From an uncultured Nitrospiraceae bacterium (GTDB lineage Bacteria > Nitrospirota > Nitrospiria > Nitrospirales > Nitrospiraceae), in assembly GCA_963730935.1 (NCBI GenBank), contig CAVSTP010000002.1, positions 384,001-448,000 on the forward strand: a DNA stretch of 64,000 nt. Direction: 5' to 3'. Shown here in pieces: positions 39,557 to 50,281 of the stretch. Each line of letters starts with the position of its first letter. The stretch's first letter is position 1. Position numbers and translations under genes: made by a program. The notes below the pieces were generated by a model. It was not told the DNA's origin. It worked only from the letters and a program-made list of their open reading frames with translations, and searched no databases.

Positions 39557-40486
39557 ATGATCACGGTACTGCTGATCGAAGACAACGACATCGATGCTCG
39601 GCTGACCCAGGACCTACTGGCGGAATGGAGCGTCGAAGAATTCAAGGTGACGCATGCCAGAACGCTCTCGGACGGTCTGGCGCACATCGACAAAGGCCGT
39701 TTCGACGCCATCCTTCTGGATCTCTCCCTTCCAGATGCGTTCGGTTTGCCGACGGTCCGGCAGGTCCATGCAACCAACCCTTCCATTCCCGTCGTCGTGC
39801 TCAGCGGCGTAAGCGATCAGACGCTGGCACTTCAGGCCGTGCAACAGGGCGCTCAGGATTATCTGGTCAAAGGCCAGGGCCACCCCGAACTGCTCGCCCG
39901 TTCCGTGCGCTATGCCATCGAACGTAAGCGCTCCGAGGAACGCCTCACATACCTTGCCCAGTACGATCATCTCACCGGGTTGGTCAATCGTACGCTCTTC
40001 AGGGATCGCTTGATCCAGGCCATGGCCAGAAGCAAACGGCTTCAGCAGCCGCTAGGGCTGATGCTGCTTGATCTGGACCGGTTCAAGGCCGTCAATGACA
40101 CGCTTGGACACGACATCGGCGACGAGTTGCTGAAATCCGTCGCTGAGCGGTTGAAAGCCTGCGTGCGCGAGGTCGATACGGTCGCGCGCATGGGCGGGGA
40201 CGAATTCACGATTGTCCTCGAGGGCGTCTCCTCAGAACAAAGTATCATGGTCGTGGCGAAGCGGATCACCGAGTCGATTTCCTCGGTCTTTCGTTTGAAG
40301 GGACACGACGTCTCTGTGGGAATCAGCATCGGGATTACCGTGTACCCGCATGACGATCACAGCATCGACGAGCTGTTAAAACATGCCGACTCCGCTATGT
40401 ATCGTGCGAAGCAGCAAGGCGGCAGCGGCTTTGCCTTCCACGAAGCTTCAGGCTACAACCACGCTGCGACATATTCCGCCTCCTGA
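39557..40486 (+). CDS. Response regulator diguanylate cyclase (REC-GGDEF)
   Basis: Receiver LLDLSLPD; RxxD I-site (REVD) and intact GGDEF. Confidence 0.93.
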   Translation: MITVLLIEDNDIDARLTQDLLAEWSVEEFKVTHARTLSDGLAHIDKGRFDAILLDLSLPDAFGLPTVRQVHATNPSIPVVVLSGVSDQTLALQAVQQGAQDYLVKGQGHPELLARSVRYAIERKRSEERLTYLAQYDHLTGLVNRTLFRDRLIQAMARSKRLQQPLGLMLLDLDRFKAVNDTLGHDIGDELLKSVAERLKACVREVDTVARMGGDEFTIVLEGVSSEQSIMVVAKRITESISSVFRLKGHDVSVGISIGITVYPHDDHSIDELLKHADSAMYRAKQQGGSGFAFHEASGYNHAATYSAS

Positions 40487-40524
40487 GCCTTCTACCACCG
40501 CGTTAAACCCTGGCCTGCTCCTGG

Positions 40525-41334
40525 CTATCTTCCAATTTCAGAAAGGGGAGCCTCAGTCACATGCAGGGCGCCTCGAGGGTTCGGCGCTAGGACATTGGTT
40601 TGCACGAGGGCCTCACGAGCCGGCGACAGCTTCGCCTCCGGCGTCATCACGATGCCCCAGTGCCGGTTGTCTACACAGACATTATCCAACAATAGTGCTT
40701 CGGCATGATGAAACAGCAGCATTCCGCTCAGCCAATTGTCGGTGCATCGATTGCGGACCAGCTCGGGATGGCTTCCAGGATCGCGCACGGCAATTCCAAA
40801 ATGATGGTTTTCCCGGCAGACGTTGTCCGCCAGCCGGGGCTGGGCACCGGCGAACACAAAGATGCCTGATTCACGATTGCCGCAAACCTCGTTGTCGATG
40901 AAGGCGCCCCGGCATTCTGGTCCATACATGACGACTCCGGATAAGATGCCGTCTGTGGCCCGGCATTGCGTGACAGTGCAGGAAGAGTCGAGGATGTTCA
41001 TGGCCGAATGTTGATCGCTGCCGACATAGCGAAAGGTCAGCCCGGAAATTCGGCCGCTCGGAACGCGCTGAAGATAGAGAGGGCCTCCGCGACGGGAAAA
41101 GATCTGGACCGCATCACGGCTTGCCCCGATCAGGAGGATCGGGCGATCGGCCAGAAAGACTTTGTCCTCATAGATGCCGGCTCGGACAAAGACCTGATCG
41201 AGCTCTCCGGCCTCTTTCAATGCCGCACTCGGCCGAGGATAGAGCGCGGGATCCTGCCAATCTACGATCAACGTCTTTCCGCCGAGCGGATTCGGCGGAG
41301 GATCTTGCGCGATCGCTTCTGATTCTGAAGTCAT
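40525..41334 (-). CDS. Right-handed parallel beta-helix protein
   Basis: Repeating N..GI / N.C..N pectin-lyase-fold pattern. Confidence 0.8.
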   Translation of the reverse strand: MTSESEAIAQDPPPNPLGGKTLIVDWQDPALYPRPSAALKEAGELDQVFVRAGIYEDKVFLADRPILLIGASRDAVQIFSRRGGPLYLQRVPSGRISGLTFRYVGSDQHSAMNILDSSCTVTQCRATDGILSGVVMYGPECRGAFIDNEVCGNRESGIFVFAGAQPRLADNVCRENHHFGIAVRDPGSHPELVRNRCTDNWLSGMLLFHHAEALLLDNVCVDNRHWGIVMTPEAKLSPAREALVQTNVLAPNPRGALHVTEAPLSEIGR

Positions 41335-41517
41335 CTTCTCACGGCTCTCGAAAGCTCGTTGTGCAGTCGAACTGGAACGAGCCGTTTCGGTTTGTCAAGC
41401 GAACAGCTGACCGGCCGGCGTACAATTCTGATCCGGGCGCCAAGGGAGCCGCGTTGGGTCTGGCCACCAAATACTCGTTTTTCTGCCGGTTTTCTGAGGC
41501 AAAAAGCGGATCGCCTG

Positions 41518-41532
41518 TGGCACGTGGATTGC
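41518..41532 (+). promoter_or_regulatory. Sigma54-type promoter
   Basis: TGGCAC-GTGGA-TTGC upstream of the CpoB-like gene. Confidence 0.6.
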
Positions 41533-41578
41533 GAACTCTGGGGTGGTGGCAAGAGCCAGCAGCAACGGAGGCGGTCCG

Positions 41579-42100
41579 ATGCACACCAGCAAACTCGTGC
41601 CCATAGCAGTCTTTTCTGTGATCCTCGCGACAACGGGTAGCCCCTCGACCCTCTGGGGCGCTCCATCGCAAGTTCAGGACACCTCTCGACATCTGTACGA
41701 CCGGGTAATGGAAGAATTCAAGCACCGCGACTATGAAGCGGCGCTCGCCGGATTCCGCCTCTTCTTGGAGCTCCACGGTCAAACCTCCCTCGCGGCGAAT
41801 GCACAGTACTGGGTTGGGGAATGCCAATATCGCATGGGACGGTATAAGGAGGCATTGAAGGCCTTTTACAACGTCGTCTCGTATTATCCGCTCAGCCCCA
41901 AGCTGTCGGCTTCGACGCTGAAGATTGGACAAACGTACACCAAGCTAAAGGATCAGGAAAAGGCGCGCATGATGTTTGAGCGGGTCGTGGATCAATACCC
42001 GGACAGCCCGGAAGCCGAGGTGGCCCGAAAGGCGTTGGAGATCGAGGCTGAAAAGATCGAGGCTGAAAAGCCCGAGTCCTCGCCAATTCCTACCGAGTGA
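41579..42100 (+). CDS. Tol-Pal CpoB/YbgF-like TPR protein
   Basis: Signal peptide, LAANAQYWVGE, YPLSPK and YPDSPEA. Confidence 0.8.
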   Translation: MHTSKLVPIAVFSVILATTGSPSTLWGAPSQVQDTSRHLYDRVMEEFKHRDYEAALAGFRLFLELHGQTSLAANAQYWVGECQYRMGRYKEALKAFYNVVSYYPLSPKLSASTLKIGQTYTKLKDQEKARMMFERVVDQYPDSPEAEVARKALEIEAEKIEAEKPESSPIPTE

Positions 42101-42119
42101 AGACCGCCTCCCTCTCTTT

Positions 42120-42650
42120 TCATTCAGGATCGCTCATCCCCAGCATCCGCTCAAGTTCCTGAACGGTATAGGCCGGCTGCACATTGAGGGTCGTCACTCG
42201 AATGCCAGCCGCATGGAGGATGCGCTGAACTTCCCGGCCCGGAAGTGCACCGGTTGGATCCGACGCCGGTTCCCCCGCTTCGAATTGCACGACCTGTTCA
42301 ACCATGCGCGAGCCCGGATGAACCAACACCACGTCCGCGCGCTTGAGCGCGAGATGTCGCAACACCTCTACCCGCGACTCCCCTTTCGCCTCGACCGCCA
42401 AGAAACTCCATAGCGGTACCTGCGCGAACACCAAATACCGGTCTTCCACGGCCAGGCGAATCAGATTATATAGGAGCAACTGCCTTTCGCCCAGCAGCGG
42501 TTGCGACCGAAGGACCACTCCCAACGGAAGAATAAACGGTCCCGATCGCACACTTCCTCGAGCGCGGCCGGAGAGAATTCGCCACAACAGCAACGCCGGC
42601 ACCGCCACGATGAGTGTAATGAACCAGGAATCGAAAGAGCCATCGTTCAT
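42120..42650 (-). CDS. DUF2726-like membrane-anchored protein
   Basis: N-terminal TM helix, PLLGERQ, VFAQV and ADVVL; ATGA overlap with anmK. Confidence 0.7.
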   Translation of the reverse strand: MNDGSFDSWFITLIVAVPALLLWRILSGRARGSVRSGPFILPLGVVLRSQPLLGERQLLLYNLIRLAVEDRYLVFAQVPLWSFLAVEAKGESRVEVLRHLALKRADVVLVHPGSRMVEQVVQFEAGEPASDPTGALPGREVQRILHAAGIRVTTLNVQPAYTVQELERMLGMSDPE

Positions 42651-43822
42651 GTGCGGAACTTCTTCGCCCAACGTGGACCGGCGGGTACGATCGCTCCCAG
42701 TAGCACGGGGTGCGTAGCCCCTGTCACGGCGGGAATGTTGCCAGACTGTCCCATCATTGTTTGATAGGCCAAAAGCGCAAAGGCCACTGCCTCGAAGGCT
42801 TTGCTCTCCCAACCCAAAGCATCAAAGGTTGTGACCGGAACGGGCGAGAACACGGCAGCCATATTGTCCATGATCGCCCGATTGCGCACCCCCCCGCCGC
42901 CGACGACGATCTCCTCGATCGGCCCCTTGACCCATCGCCGTGCAGTCCCAACCGCCTTCGCCGTCCACATGCTGCAGGTGGCCAAGAGGTCCTCCATCGA
43001 CAATCCCAGTTGTTGTTGAACGACCAGGAGCTCATCAATGAGTGAAGGGCCAAATTCCTCCCGCCCCGTTGATTTCGGCGGACGCCGGGAGAGGAAGGGA
43101 TGCGCCAAGAGCTTTCCCAGCAAGCGAGCGTCGACCCGACCTTTCAGGGCCAATTTTCCGTCGCGATCCATGCTGAGGCGTCCGTTGGTGGCTCGATTGA
43201 CGAGACTGTCCAACACCATATTCGCCGGCCCCGTGTCAAAAGCCAGCACGCCCTCCCATATCCCGCCACGAGGGACGTAGGTCACGTTGCTGATCCCACC
43301 GAGATTCACGATCAACCTGGCACGCCGGGGATGTTTCAAGAGCAAGGCATGCGCCGCAGGCGTGAGAGGAGCTCCTTGTCCACCTGCGGCGATGTCGCGA
43401 GGCCGGAAGTTGGCAATCGTCGTAATACCGGTTCGCTCGGCAATCACTGCTGGTTCGGCAATCTGGAGCGTCGAGCGGACGGCTCCTACTCCCGGCGCCT
43501 GAATCCCTTTCGGAAGATGATGCACTGTCTGGCCGTGCGAGCCGATCACCGCAATGTCCGCGGGACGCAGTTTCGCTTGGCGAATTACGTTTAACGCCGC
43601 GTTGGCGAACCATTCACCGAGCAACGCGTTCAGATGACAGATGTCTGCAACCGTCCCCGAGATGGACGCGGTGACAATCCGCTGTTGAAGGGATCGCGGA
43701 TAGGAGAGAGTCTGGGCGGCAAGGGCCCGCGCCTTGAGCGTCTGCCCGCGACCGGACACTTCGACCAGCGCGGCATCCACACCATCTCCGGATGTTCCGG
43801 ACATCAAGCCGACAATTTTCAT
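42647..43822 (-). CDS. anmK: Anhydro-N-acetylmuramic acid kinase
   Basis: GLMSGTSGDGVD, GSHGQT, GGQGAPL, NLGGISN, FDTGPAN and KSTGREEF. Confidence 0.95.
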   Translation of the reverse strand: MKIVGLMSGTSGDGVDAALVEVSGRGQTLKARALAAQTLSYPRSLQQRIVTASISGTVADICHLNALLGEWFANAALNVIRQAKLRPADIAVIGSHGQTVHHLPKGIQAPGVGAVRSTLQIAEPAVIAERTGITTIANFRPRDIAAGGQGAPLTPAAHALLLKHPRRARLIVNLGGISNVTYVPRGGIWEGVLAFDTGPANMVLDSLVNRATNGRLSMDRDGKLALKGRVDARLLGKLLAHPFLSRRPPKSTGREEFGPSLIDELLVVQQQLGLSMEDLLATCSMWTAKAVGTARRWVKGPIEEIVVGGGGVRNRAIMDNMAAVFSPVPVTTFDALGWESKAFEAVAFALLAYQTMMGQSGNIPAVTGATHPVLLGAIVPAGPRWAKKFRT

Positions 43823-43953
43823 CCTGCTTCCTTTGCTGAGAGTCTGAGCCGTGGGACCGCTACGCTAATGCAACTGCACCGTGGGGTCAAGCGGCGCTGC
43901 AACACGCGCAGAGTCATTCGCAGGCTCATTGCGTTGACAGGAAAGAAACCTCG

Positions 43954-44898
43954 ATGGTACGGTCGCGGCCCATGCCGTTTGTCCGATTGGTCATTCTGTG
44001 CTGTTTCATCCTCTCAAGTGGCTGGTTCCCCTGGGATTCGCCGGTGGTCTCAGCAGCCACCGAACCGCTGAACGTGGTCGTGACGATTCCTGTCTTAAAA
44101 GATTTGGTCGAGCAGGTGGGAGGGCCCCATGTTCGCGTGACTTCGCTGTTGAAAGGCTACGAGAACGAACACACCTATTCTCCGAAGCCAAGCGACCTGG
44201 TCGCCGTCAGAAATGCCCAGCTGCTCTTTGAGGTCGGTCTGGGACTTGAAGTGTGGGTGGCCAATCTCGTGAAAAGTGCCGGACGTCCGTCCCTCACCGT
44301 TATCACCACGTCGAAAGGTATCGACCTGATACCGGATGACCAAGAAGGGGAGGCTGGCCATGAGGACGTGGGCGCACATCCACGCGGCAATCCTCACGTC
44401 TGGCTGGATCCCGAAAACGCCGTGACGATGATGCGCCAGGTCACCGAGGTCCTCGTTAAAGCCAACCCCGGCCACGCACAGGAATTTCTTCAGAATCAGG
44501 CCACATTCCTCAAGCGCCTAGATCAGCTCCGTGCCGAATTGGCCGATCGCCTCAGCAAATTGGGCGACAGGCGCTTCATCGCCCACCATCCGGCCTGGCC
44601 GTATTTTGCAAGACGATTCGGCTTTGTCATTGTCGGAACCATTCAAACCCAATCGGCCAGCGAGCCATCAGCAATCCAGCTTCAACGTTTGATCACGACG
44701 ATCAAAAAGGAGAGGGTCAAAGCCGTGGTCTCGGAAATCCAGCTCAGTCAGAGGCTGCCCGAGCTGCTCGCAAGGGAAACTGGCGCACGTGTCGTCGTGT
44801 TGACCACGCTTCCGGGAGGCCTGCCCCGGACCGACACCTATCTCGACATGCTCCGTTATAATGTGCTCCAATTGGCCAACGCCTTGGAGGCCGCGTAA
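43954..44898 (+). CDS. Zn/Mn ABC transporter substrate-binding protein
   Basis: EHTYSPKPSD and NPHVWLDP cluster A-I motifs. Confidence 0.92.
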   Translation: MVRSRPMPFVRLVILCCFILSSGWFPWDSPVVSAATEPLNVVVTIPVLKDLVEQVGGPHVRVTSLLKGYENEHTYSPKPSDLVAVRNAQLLFEVGLGLEVWVANLVKSAGRPSLTVITTSKGIDLIPDDQEGEAGHEDVGAHPRGNPHVWLDPENAVTMMRQVTEVLVKANPGHAQEFLQNQATFLKRLDQLRAELADRLSKLGDRRFIAHHPAWPYFARRFGFVIVGTIQTQSASEPSAIQLQRLITTIKKERVKAVVSEIQLSQRLPELLARETGARVVVLTTLPGGLPRTDTYLDMLRYNVLQLANALEAA

Positions 44899-44932
44899 CA
44901 CCGAACCAGCGCGTTTCCTGTCGGCCGAAAGG

Positions 44933-45733
44933 ATGCCCTCTCTCGTGTCCGCATCAACACAACCGATCATTCGCTTCGATCACGCCTCGTTCGGTTTCCC
45001 CGGGGTGATCGCACTTAAAGATCTGACATTGACGATCGACGCCGGAGAATTCGTGGGAGTCATCGGTCCCAACGGATCGGGCAAGACCACGCTCTGCAAG
45101 GCGGTCCTCGGGCTAATGCCTCCGCTCGGAGGACACCTCCATATTTTTGACTGCGCGTGCGAGGAACTGCGTTGCCACCACCGCGCCAAGATCGGTTATC
45201 TTCCGCAAAAAGGCGTTGTGGATCGCAATTTTCCGGTGACGGTGCTCGAGACGGTCATGATGGGCCGCTATGGGGCCATGGGATTATTCAGACGCCCCGG
45301 GACCGCCGATCGAAGGATTGCCATTGAGGCACTCGCGCATGTCGGGATGGAGGGACACAAGGATACGGCGTTGGGCCACTTATCCGGCGGACAGCAGCAG
45401 CGCGTCTTCATTGCGCGCGCTCTTGCCCAGCAACCACAGGTGTTGCTGCTGGACGAACCGACCACGGGCCTAGACATCACGACACAACACAATGTACTCG
45501 AGTTGATCGAACATCTTCATCAGGAGTTGGGCTTGACGGTCCTTCTCGTCACCCATGACATCAACATGATTCGTGCGCGAGTGGATCGCTTGATTCTCCT
45601 GAAAACCCGTCTCTATGCGGCGGGGCCGCCAACTGACGTGCTTAAAGCGGATATCCTTCAAGAAGTCTACGGCAAGGACCTCGTCATCACCGACAAAGAC
45701 CTCATCATCGTCGAAGACTACCACCATCATTAG
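44933..45733 (+). CDS. Zn/Mn ABC transporter ATPase
   Basis: [17 protein letters not shown] and LLDEPT. Confidence 0.92.
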   Translation: MPSLVSASTQPIIRFDHASFGFPGVIALKDLTLTIDAGEFVGVIGPNGSGKTTLCKAVLGLMPPLGGHLHIFDCACEELRCHHRAKIGYLPQKGVVDRNFPVTVLETVMMGRYGAMGLFRRPGTADRRIAIEALAHVGMEGHKDTALGHLSGGQQQRVFIARALAQQPQVLLLDEPTTGLDITTQHNVLELIEHLHQELGLTVLLVTHDINMIRARVDRLILLKTRLYAAGPPTDVLKADILQEVYGKDLVITDKDLIIVEDYHHH

Positions 45734-45744
45734 CGAAGAACGTC

Positions 45745-46569
45745 GTGCTGGACCTTCTCACATACGACTTCATGCAACGCTCGCTGCTGGCCGCCGCGAT
45801 GGTCGGAGGCTTGTGCTCGCTGATCGGTGTGTTCGTCGTCTTGCGCGGGCTCGCGTTCGTTGGGGCTGGCACTGCGCATGCGGCATTCGCGGGTGTGGCG
45901 TTGGCCTATTTGATGGGGTGGCCGCCGTTGCTGCTTGCCATCTTGTTTGGCCTCGTGACGGTCTGGATCAGCGGGTGGGTGGAGGAAAAAGGCACGATGA
46001 AGCTCGACGTGTCCATCGGGATTCTCTACACCGCCACGATGGCGCTCGCGATCCTCTTCATCGGTCTGATGAAGACCTACAATGCCGAGGTCTACGGATA
46101 CCTGTTCGGCAACGTGTTGTCGGTAACTCCAGAAGAGCTTCGAACCATTGGTGGATTAAGCATCGTCGTGGTGGGAAGTATTTTACTGTTTTCGAAGGAA
46201 CTGTATTTTATCGCATTCGATCAAGAGATGGCCGAGGCTTCCGGCGTGCCGGCCCGGCGGATGTTTTTCCTCCTACTGACCTTGGTGGCATTGACCGTGG
46301 TGGTGTCCCTCAAGACTGTTGGAGCTATTTTGGTATTTGCCATGGTCCTCATCCCGGCGTCGACCGCCTACCAGCTAACCCATAGCCTTTCGACGTTGAC
46401 GTGGTATTCGCTGATCATCGGGATTGCCTGCTCGGTCGCTGGCGTGCTGCTCTCTGCCCTCTGGGACATTCCTTCCGGGCCTGCGATCGTCCTGCTTTCG
46501 ACGCTGGTGTTTTTCATCTCGATTATTCTCTCGCCCAAACGGTCCCGGCAGCCGCTTCTAGCCAATTGA
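45745..46569 (+). CDS. Zn/Mn ABC transporter permease
   Basis: AHAAFAGVA, YLFGNVL and PSGPAIV. Confidence 0.92.
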   Translation: MLDLLTYDFMQRSLLAAAMVGGLCSLIGVFVVLRGLAFVGAGTAHAAFAGVALAYLMGWPPLLLAILFGLVTVWISGWVEEKGTMKLDVSIGILYTATMALAILFIGLMKTYNAEVYGYLFGNVLSVTPEELRTIGGLSIVVVGSILLFSKELYFIAFDQEMAEASGVPARRMFFLLLTLVALTVVVSLKTVGAILVFAMVLIPASTAYQLTHSLSTLTWYSLIIGIACSVAGVLLSALWDIPSGPAIVLLSTLVFFISIILSPKRSRQPLLAN

Positions 46570-46733
46570 CCTCCAGATCCACGTCACTCATTTGCGGTCT
46601 CAGCATGGACAAACTGCCTCCATCCTCCCAAAACAGGGTGAGAGCCGACAAGGGGAAAACAGTATTGATTTTATGGCGCTGTCGAGAGATAAGAGAGTAC
46701 CTAGTTCAAATTCCATAATAGGAGGGGTGGTTT

Positions 46734-47378
46734 ATGCATTTTGTTACGGGTCGTAGTTGGACGGGGAATCTCCTGTTGGTCGCTGCGCTGCTGGTCGGTC
46801 TCGGGGCCACTCAGGTTCGTGCGGAAGAACCGGCAATGAAAGATGGCGGCACTGAGCCGGGCAAGGTCTACCTCGGCATGAGAGCAGGCTTCGCACCATT
46901 GACGCAGCAATTGACGCCTGGCACCTCTACGGATGTCGGATCACTGGTCAATTTCCAGGCCATGTACAGTCTCAATAACTGGCTATTGATTGGGATGATG
47001 CTTGAATGGGAGCGGCATAGCATCAGCACGGAGGGGCCCTCGGTGTCTCTCGGACATCAAGATACCGTGTCAGTTCTGCCTACCGTCGAACTGCGTCCAG
47101 TCCGGATCGGCCCGATTGTCCCCTATGTCAACATGAGCTTCGGCGTGAACGTGAACAGCTTTGGTGAAGACCGCAACATCGCAAGAATTTCTCCGAGTAA
47201 TACCTTTGCCTGGCGCCTCGGATGGGGAGCCGACTGGATGATCACAAACCGATTTGCGCTAAACGGGGAAATGGCCTACAAGCGGAACGACGGCCACGCG
47301 ACTATCGCCAATGTGCGGGTCAATGACTGGAACGCGTCTTCGTTTGGATTCTTGTTCGGCGTGAAGTTGTTCTTTTAA
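46734..47378 (+). CDS. Outer membrane beta-barrel protein (OmpW/porin-like)
   Basis: Signal peptide, amphipathic strands and terminal Phe. Confidence 0.8.
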   Translation: MHFVTGRSWTGNLLLVAALLVGLGATQVRAEEPAMKDGGTEPGKVYLGMRAGFAPLTQQLTPGTSTDVGSLVNFQAMYSLNNWLLIGMMLEWERHSISTEGPSVSLGHQDTVSVLPTVELRPVRIGPIVPYVNMSFGVNVNSFGEDRNIARISPSNTFAWRLGWGADWMITNRFALNGEMAYKRNDGHATIANVRVNDWNASSFGFLFGVKLFF

Positions 47379-47439
47379 GGTGTAGTGGCGCTGTGCGCGG
47401 AGTGAGTTACTCTGCGCGCAGCCGTTGACGGAGAATGCC

Positions 47440-47871
47440 TCACTCCTGCCGTGCCTGCCTGGATCGTGTCCATACCATGCCGGTCTGTTCCTTGGCACTG
47501 AAACCTAACTTCGCGTAAAACCCCGGCCGCCTTGTGCAGAGCCAAAACAGTTCAACTCGTTTGAGGCGAGGATGGTTCAAGATGCGTTGCACGATTTCCG
47601 TTCCCAGCCCTTGTTTTTGATAGGCCTTGTCCACGATGACATCCCAGATCGTGGCCCGATACGTGAAGTCCGTCAGCACCCGCCCAAAGCCGATCAATTG
47701 GTCACCATCCCAGGCGCATAACGCCACGTCGGTATGGCGCAGCATCTCCTTCGCATCATCAAGTGTGCGTTCCTTTGCCCAGGGCGCTTGGTGAAACAGC
47801 TTCAAGAGCTGCGAAGCTTCCAATTCCTTTTTTTCGGAAAACGTAACGGCAGTCTTGAGGGTGGCGGGCAT
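47440..47871 (-). CDS. GNAT family acetyltransferase
   Basis: DVIVDKAYQKQGLG and GFYAKLGF. Confidence 0.9.
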   Translation of the reverse strand: MPATLKTAVTFSEKKELEASQLLKLFHQAPWAKERTLDDAKEMLRHTDVALCAWDGDQLIGFGRVLTDFTYRATIWDVIVDKAYQKQGLGTEIVQRILNHPRLKRVELFWLCTRRPGFYAKLGFSAKEQTGMVWTRSRQARQE

Positions 47872-47997
47872 CTTGTACTAGAGTAGGCTCCCGGTGGATA
47901 CCTTGATGAGCTGCTGTCTCAGCCCTTTCTGTCCAGCCGTCGTAGACCATGGCGGCCGGATGCGACATCCTGCGGGACCTAGTCTACGAGGAAATAA

Positions 47998-48177
47998 ATG
48001 GCAACGCAAGTCCGTAGCTGCCCCAAGTGCTTCCAACTCATGTGGCTGAAGCCCAGCGAGTACGAATCGCTCGATGAGGACACGGTGCGCGCAAAATGCC
48101 CGCACTGCGGGTCCGCGGTGAGGTTTAAGTTAGTCTCTGAGGGTGAGAACGCCACCGGTCCTAAGATGGGGCATTAA
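47998..48177 (+). CDS. Small zinc-ribbon protein (59 aa)
   Basis: Not in the ORF track. GAGG RBS; MATQVRSCPKCFQ...AKCPHCGS...MGH*. Confidence 0.75.
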   Translation: MATQVRSCPKCFQLMWLKPSEYESLDEDTVRAKCPHCGSAVRFKLVSEGENATGPKMGH

Positions 48178-48184
48178 GAAGGGT

Positions 48185-48607
48185 TCAAAGTCCTCGTCCG
48201 GCTCCATCCAACTCCGGTTTGTTCCCCGGTAGAATTTTGTGCAGTCCTGCACGATACTCAGCAATCCGCCGAGTATCAGCCTGATCGGCAGTAATTTCCT
48301 GGTCCCGCTGCATCCGTTCCAGATGATCGAGGACGGCGAGCAAGGGCTGCACGGAGCCCAGGAGCTTGCCGACTTCAAACGCCTCGAGCGATTCGACGAA
48401 GGCCTCATTCAAACTCTTGTAGGCCGTCCCCGCACTTTGATTCCTGAAGCGGGAGACTATCACCTCATAGTCTTCAACCGCCTCCGGTTTCGGCTTAATG
48501 CCGGTCGGTACGACGCTCAGGTGCACGATTGCCGGCAATTTCGCGGCATAGATCTTCAACTGCGACGTCAGACCGCCGACAACATCTAACACATCGCCGA
48601 TTTGCAT
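48185..48607 (-). CDS. Hypothetical protein
   Basis: 140-aa ORF directly downstream of rluD on the same strand. Confidence 0.7.
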   Translation of the reverse strand: MQIGDVLDVVGGLTSQLKIYAAKLPAIVHLSVVPTGIKPKPEAVEDYEVIVSRFRNQSAGTAYKSLNEAFVESLEAFEVGKLLGSVQPLLAVLDHLERMQRDQEITADQADTRRIAEYRAGLHKILPGNKPELDGAGRGL

Positions 48608-48616
48608 AGAATCGTC

Positions 48617-49582
48617 CTAATCGACCGTGGCGAGCCCTGTCAAGATTCGGTCGTCAAGCTCCTTCATGACCAGGTCCATATCAGGCGGGGAGGGCCGATC
48701 ATACTGCTGCAATTCGCCAGTCGACGGATGATGAAACCCCAAGGTTCTCGCATGGAGCATCACGCGGGGAACCTCCACACCGTTTAAGTTGCAGACTCTC
48801 CGACCGCCATAGGTGGGGTCGCCTAAAATGGGATGGCCAAGTGAGGCCAAATGAACCCGGAGCTGATGCGTACGTCCGGTCCTCGGATAGAGAAGCACAT
48901 GTGCCACAGTCTTGCCGAATCGGCGATCGACCTTGTACTCGGTCACCGAGTCTTTCGGTCGAGCCGTACGGGCCGAGAACTTTTTGCGTTCTTTGGAATC
49001 GCGGCCAATCGCCAGTTCAATGAGCCCGTGGCCTTTCTTTGGAACTCCCCAGACAAGCGCTTCGTATACGCGAGTAATGGTGTGTTGTTTGAATTGCGCC
49101 GCCAGATGCCGGTGAGCGACATCCGTCTTGGCAATGACCATTACACCCGATGTGTCTTTGTCCAATCGATGGACGAGCCCTGGCCGCTCCTTACCACCAA
49201 TCGTCGAGACGGTTCCTCCGGATGTTTGAAAGTGATGCAACAGCGCGTTGACCAGCGTTCCTGTCCAGTTTCCCGGTGCAGGATGCACGACGATGCCCGA
49301 CGGTTTGTTGAGGACCAGCAGGTGCTCGTCTTCAAAAAGTACTTCCAGCGGAATTGCCTCGCCCTGCAGCGCGAGAGGTTCCGGCTTCGGGACATCCATC
49401 GTAATCTTGTCGCCCGGCTTGATCTTCTGGCTGGGCCTGACGACTTGGTCATTGATGCGAATGCGTCCGAGTTCGATGAGCCGTTGCAACCGTGAGCGGG
49501 ACATGTCCCGTTCACGGTTGACAAGAAACACATCCAGCCGCTTGGGCTGCTCTCCGGCGGTCACCACGAATTCCGTAATCAT
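48617..49582 (-). CDS. rluD: 23S rRNA pseudouridine synthase (RluD/RluA family)
   Basis: S4 domain, HRLDKDTSG, TGRTHQLRVH and GDPTYG. Confidence 0.9.
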   Translation of the reverse strand: MITEFVVTAGEQPKRLDVFLVNRERDMSRSRLQRLIELGRIRINDQVVRPSQKIKPGDKITMDVPKPEPLALQGEAIPLEVLFEDEHLLVLNKPSGIVVHPAPGNWTGTLVNALLHHFQTSGGTVSTIGGKERPGLVHRLDKDTSGVMVIAKTDVAHRHLAAQFKQHTITRVYEALVWGVPKKGHGLIELAIGRDSKERKKFSARTARPKDSVTEYKVDRRFGKTVAHVLLYPRTGRTHQLRVHLASLGHPILGDPTYGGRRVCNLNGVEVPRVMLHARTLGFHHPSTGELQQYDRPSPPDMDLVMKELDDRILTGLATVD

Positions 49583-49702
49583 GTGCGGCACACGCTACTA
49601 AAGTGGTGTGGGAAAATGCAATGACGGAAGCCGCAATTTGCCTCTCGGTGGCCGGAGAGCTATGCTTACGATTGAGGCCGTCCTCACTGAAAGGAGATCA
49701 CA

Positions 49703-50281
49703 ATGATCAGGATCGTCTCCGTCGGAACCGCGATGCTCGCTGCCGGTTGCCTCCTGTTCGCGGCCGCTTCTCGTGCAGTGGATCCTCCGGGTATACCGCC
49801 GGAAATGGTTGCCGACTATTTGCACTCCGTGATAGAGGCCGACCGGACGTTTTATACGATCCATGTCGTCGAGCGTCTGCAAAAGAGCGGGGGTACCAAG
49901 GCTGCCGAAGACTGGCGCGCCAAGAAAGACGTCCTGCCTCTCCCGGCCCAGTTTCTGATCGAATCGAGCGAGTTGGCTGCGACAACCGGTTCTAAAATCC
50001 GTTATCGGCTGATCAGTCTCTGGCCGATCAATCCCAAGAACGCTCCTGACAGCCCAACGGAGAAGCGAGGACTGGAAATGCTGCGGGATCATCCGGAACG
50101 CTCGGTGACCGGAACCCTGAAGCGCGGCGAGCAGTCATACTTCCAGGCGATCTACGCCGACCGGGCAGTCAGCACCACCTGCGTGGCCTGCCACAACAGC
50201 CATCCCCACAGCCCCAAAACAGATTTTTCAATGCATGACGTCATGGGAGGACTGGTCATCGAGATCCCATTGGAGCGGTAG
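49703..50281 (+). CDS. Periplasmic c-type heme protein (DUF3365/Tll0287-like)
   Basis: Signal peptide, RLISLWPINPKN, CVACH and DVMGG. Confidence 0.8.
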   Translation: MIRIVSVGTAMLAAGCLLFAAASRAVDPPGIPPEMVADYLHSVIEADRTFYTIHVVERLQKSGGTKAAEDWRAKKDVLPLPAQFLIESSELAATTGSKIRYRLISLWPINPKNAPDSPTEKRGLEMLRDHPERSVTGTLKRGEQSYFQAIYADRAVSTTCVACHNSHPHSPKTDFSMHDVMGGLVIEIPLER

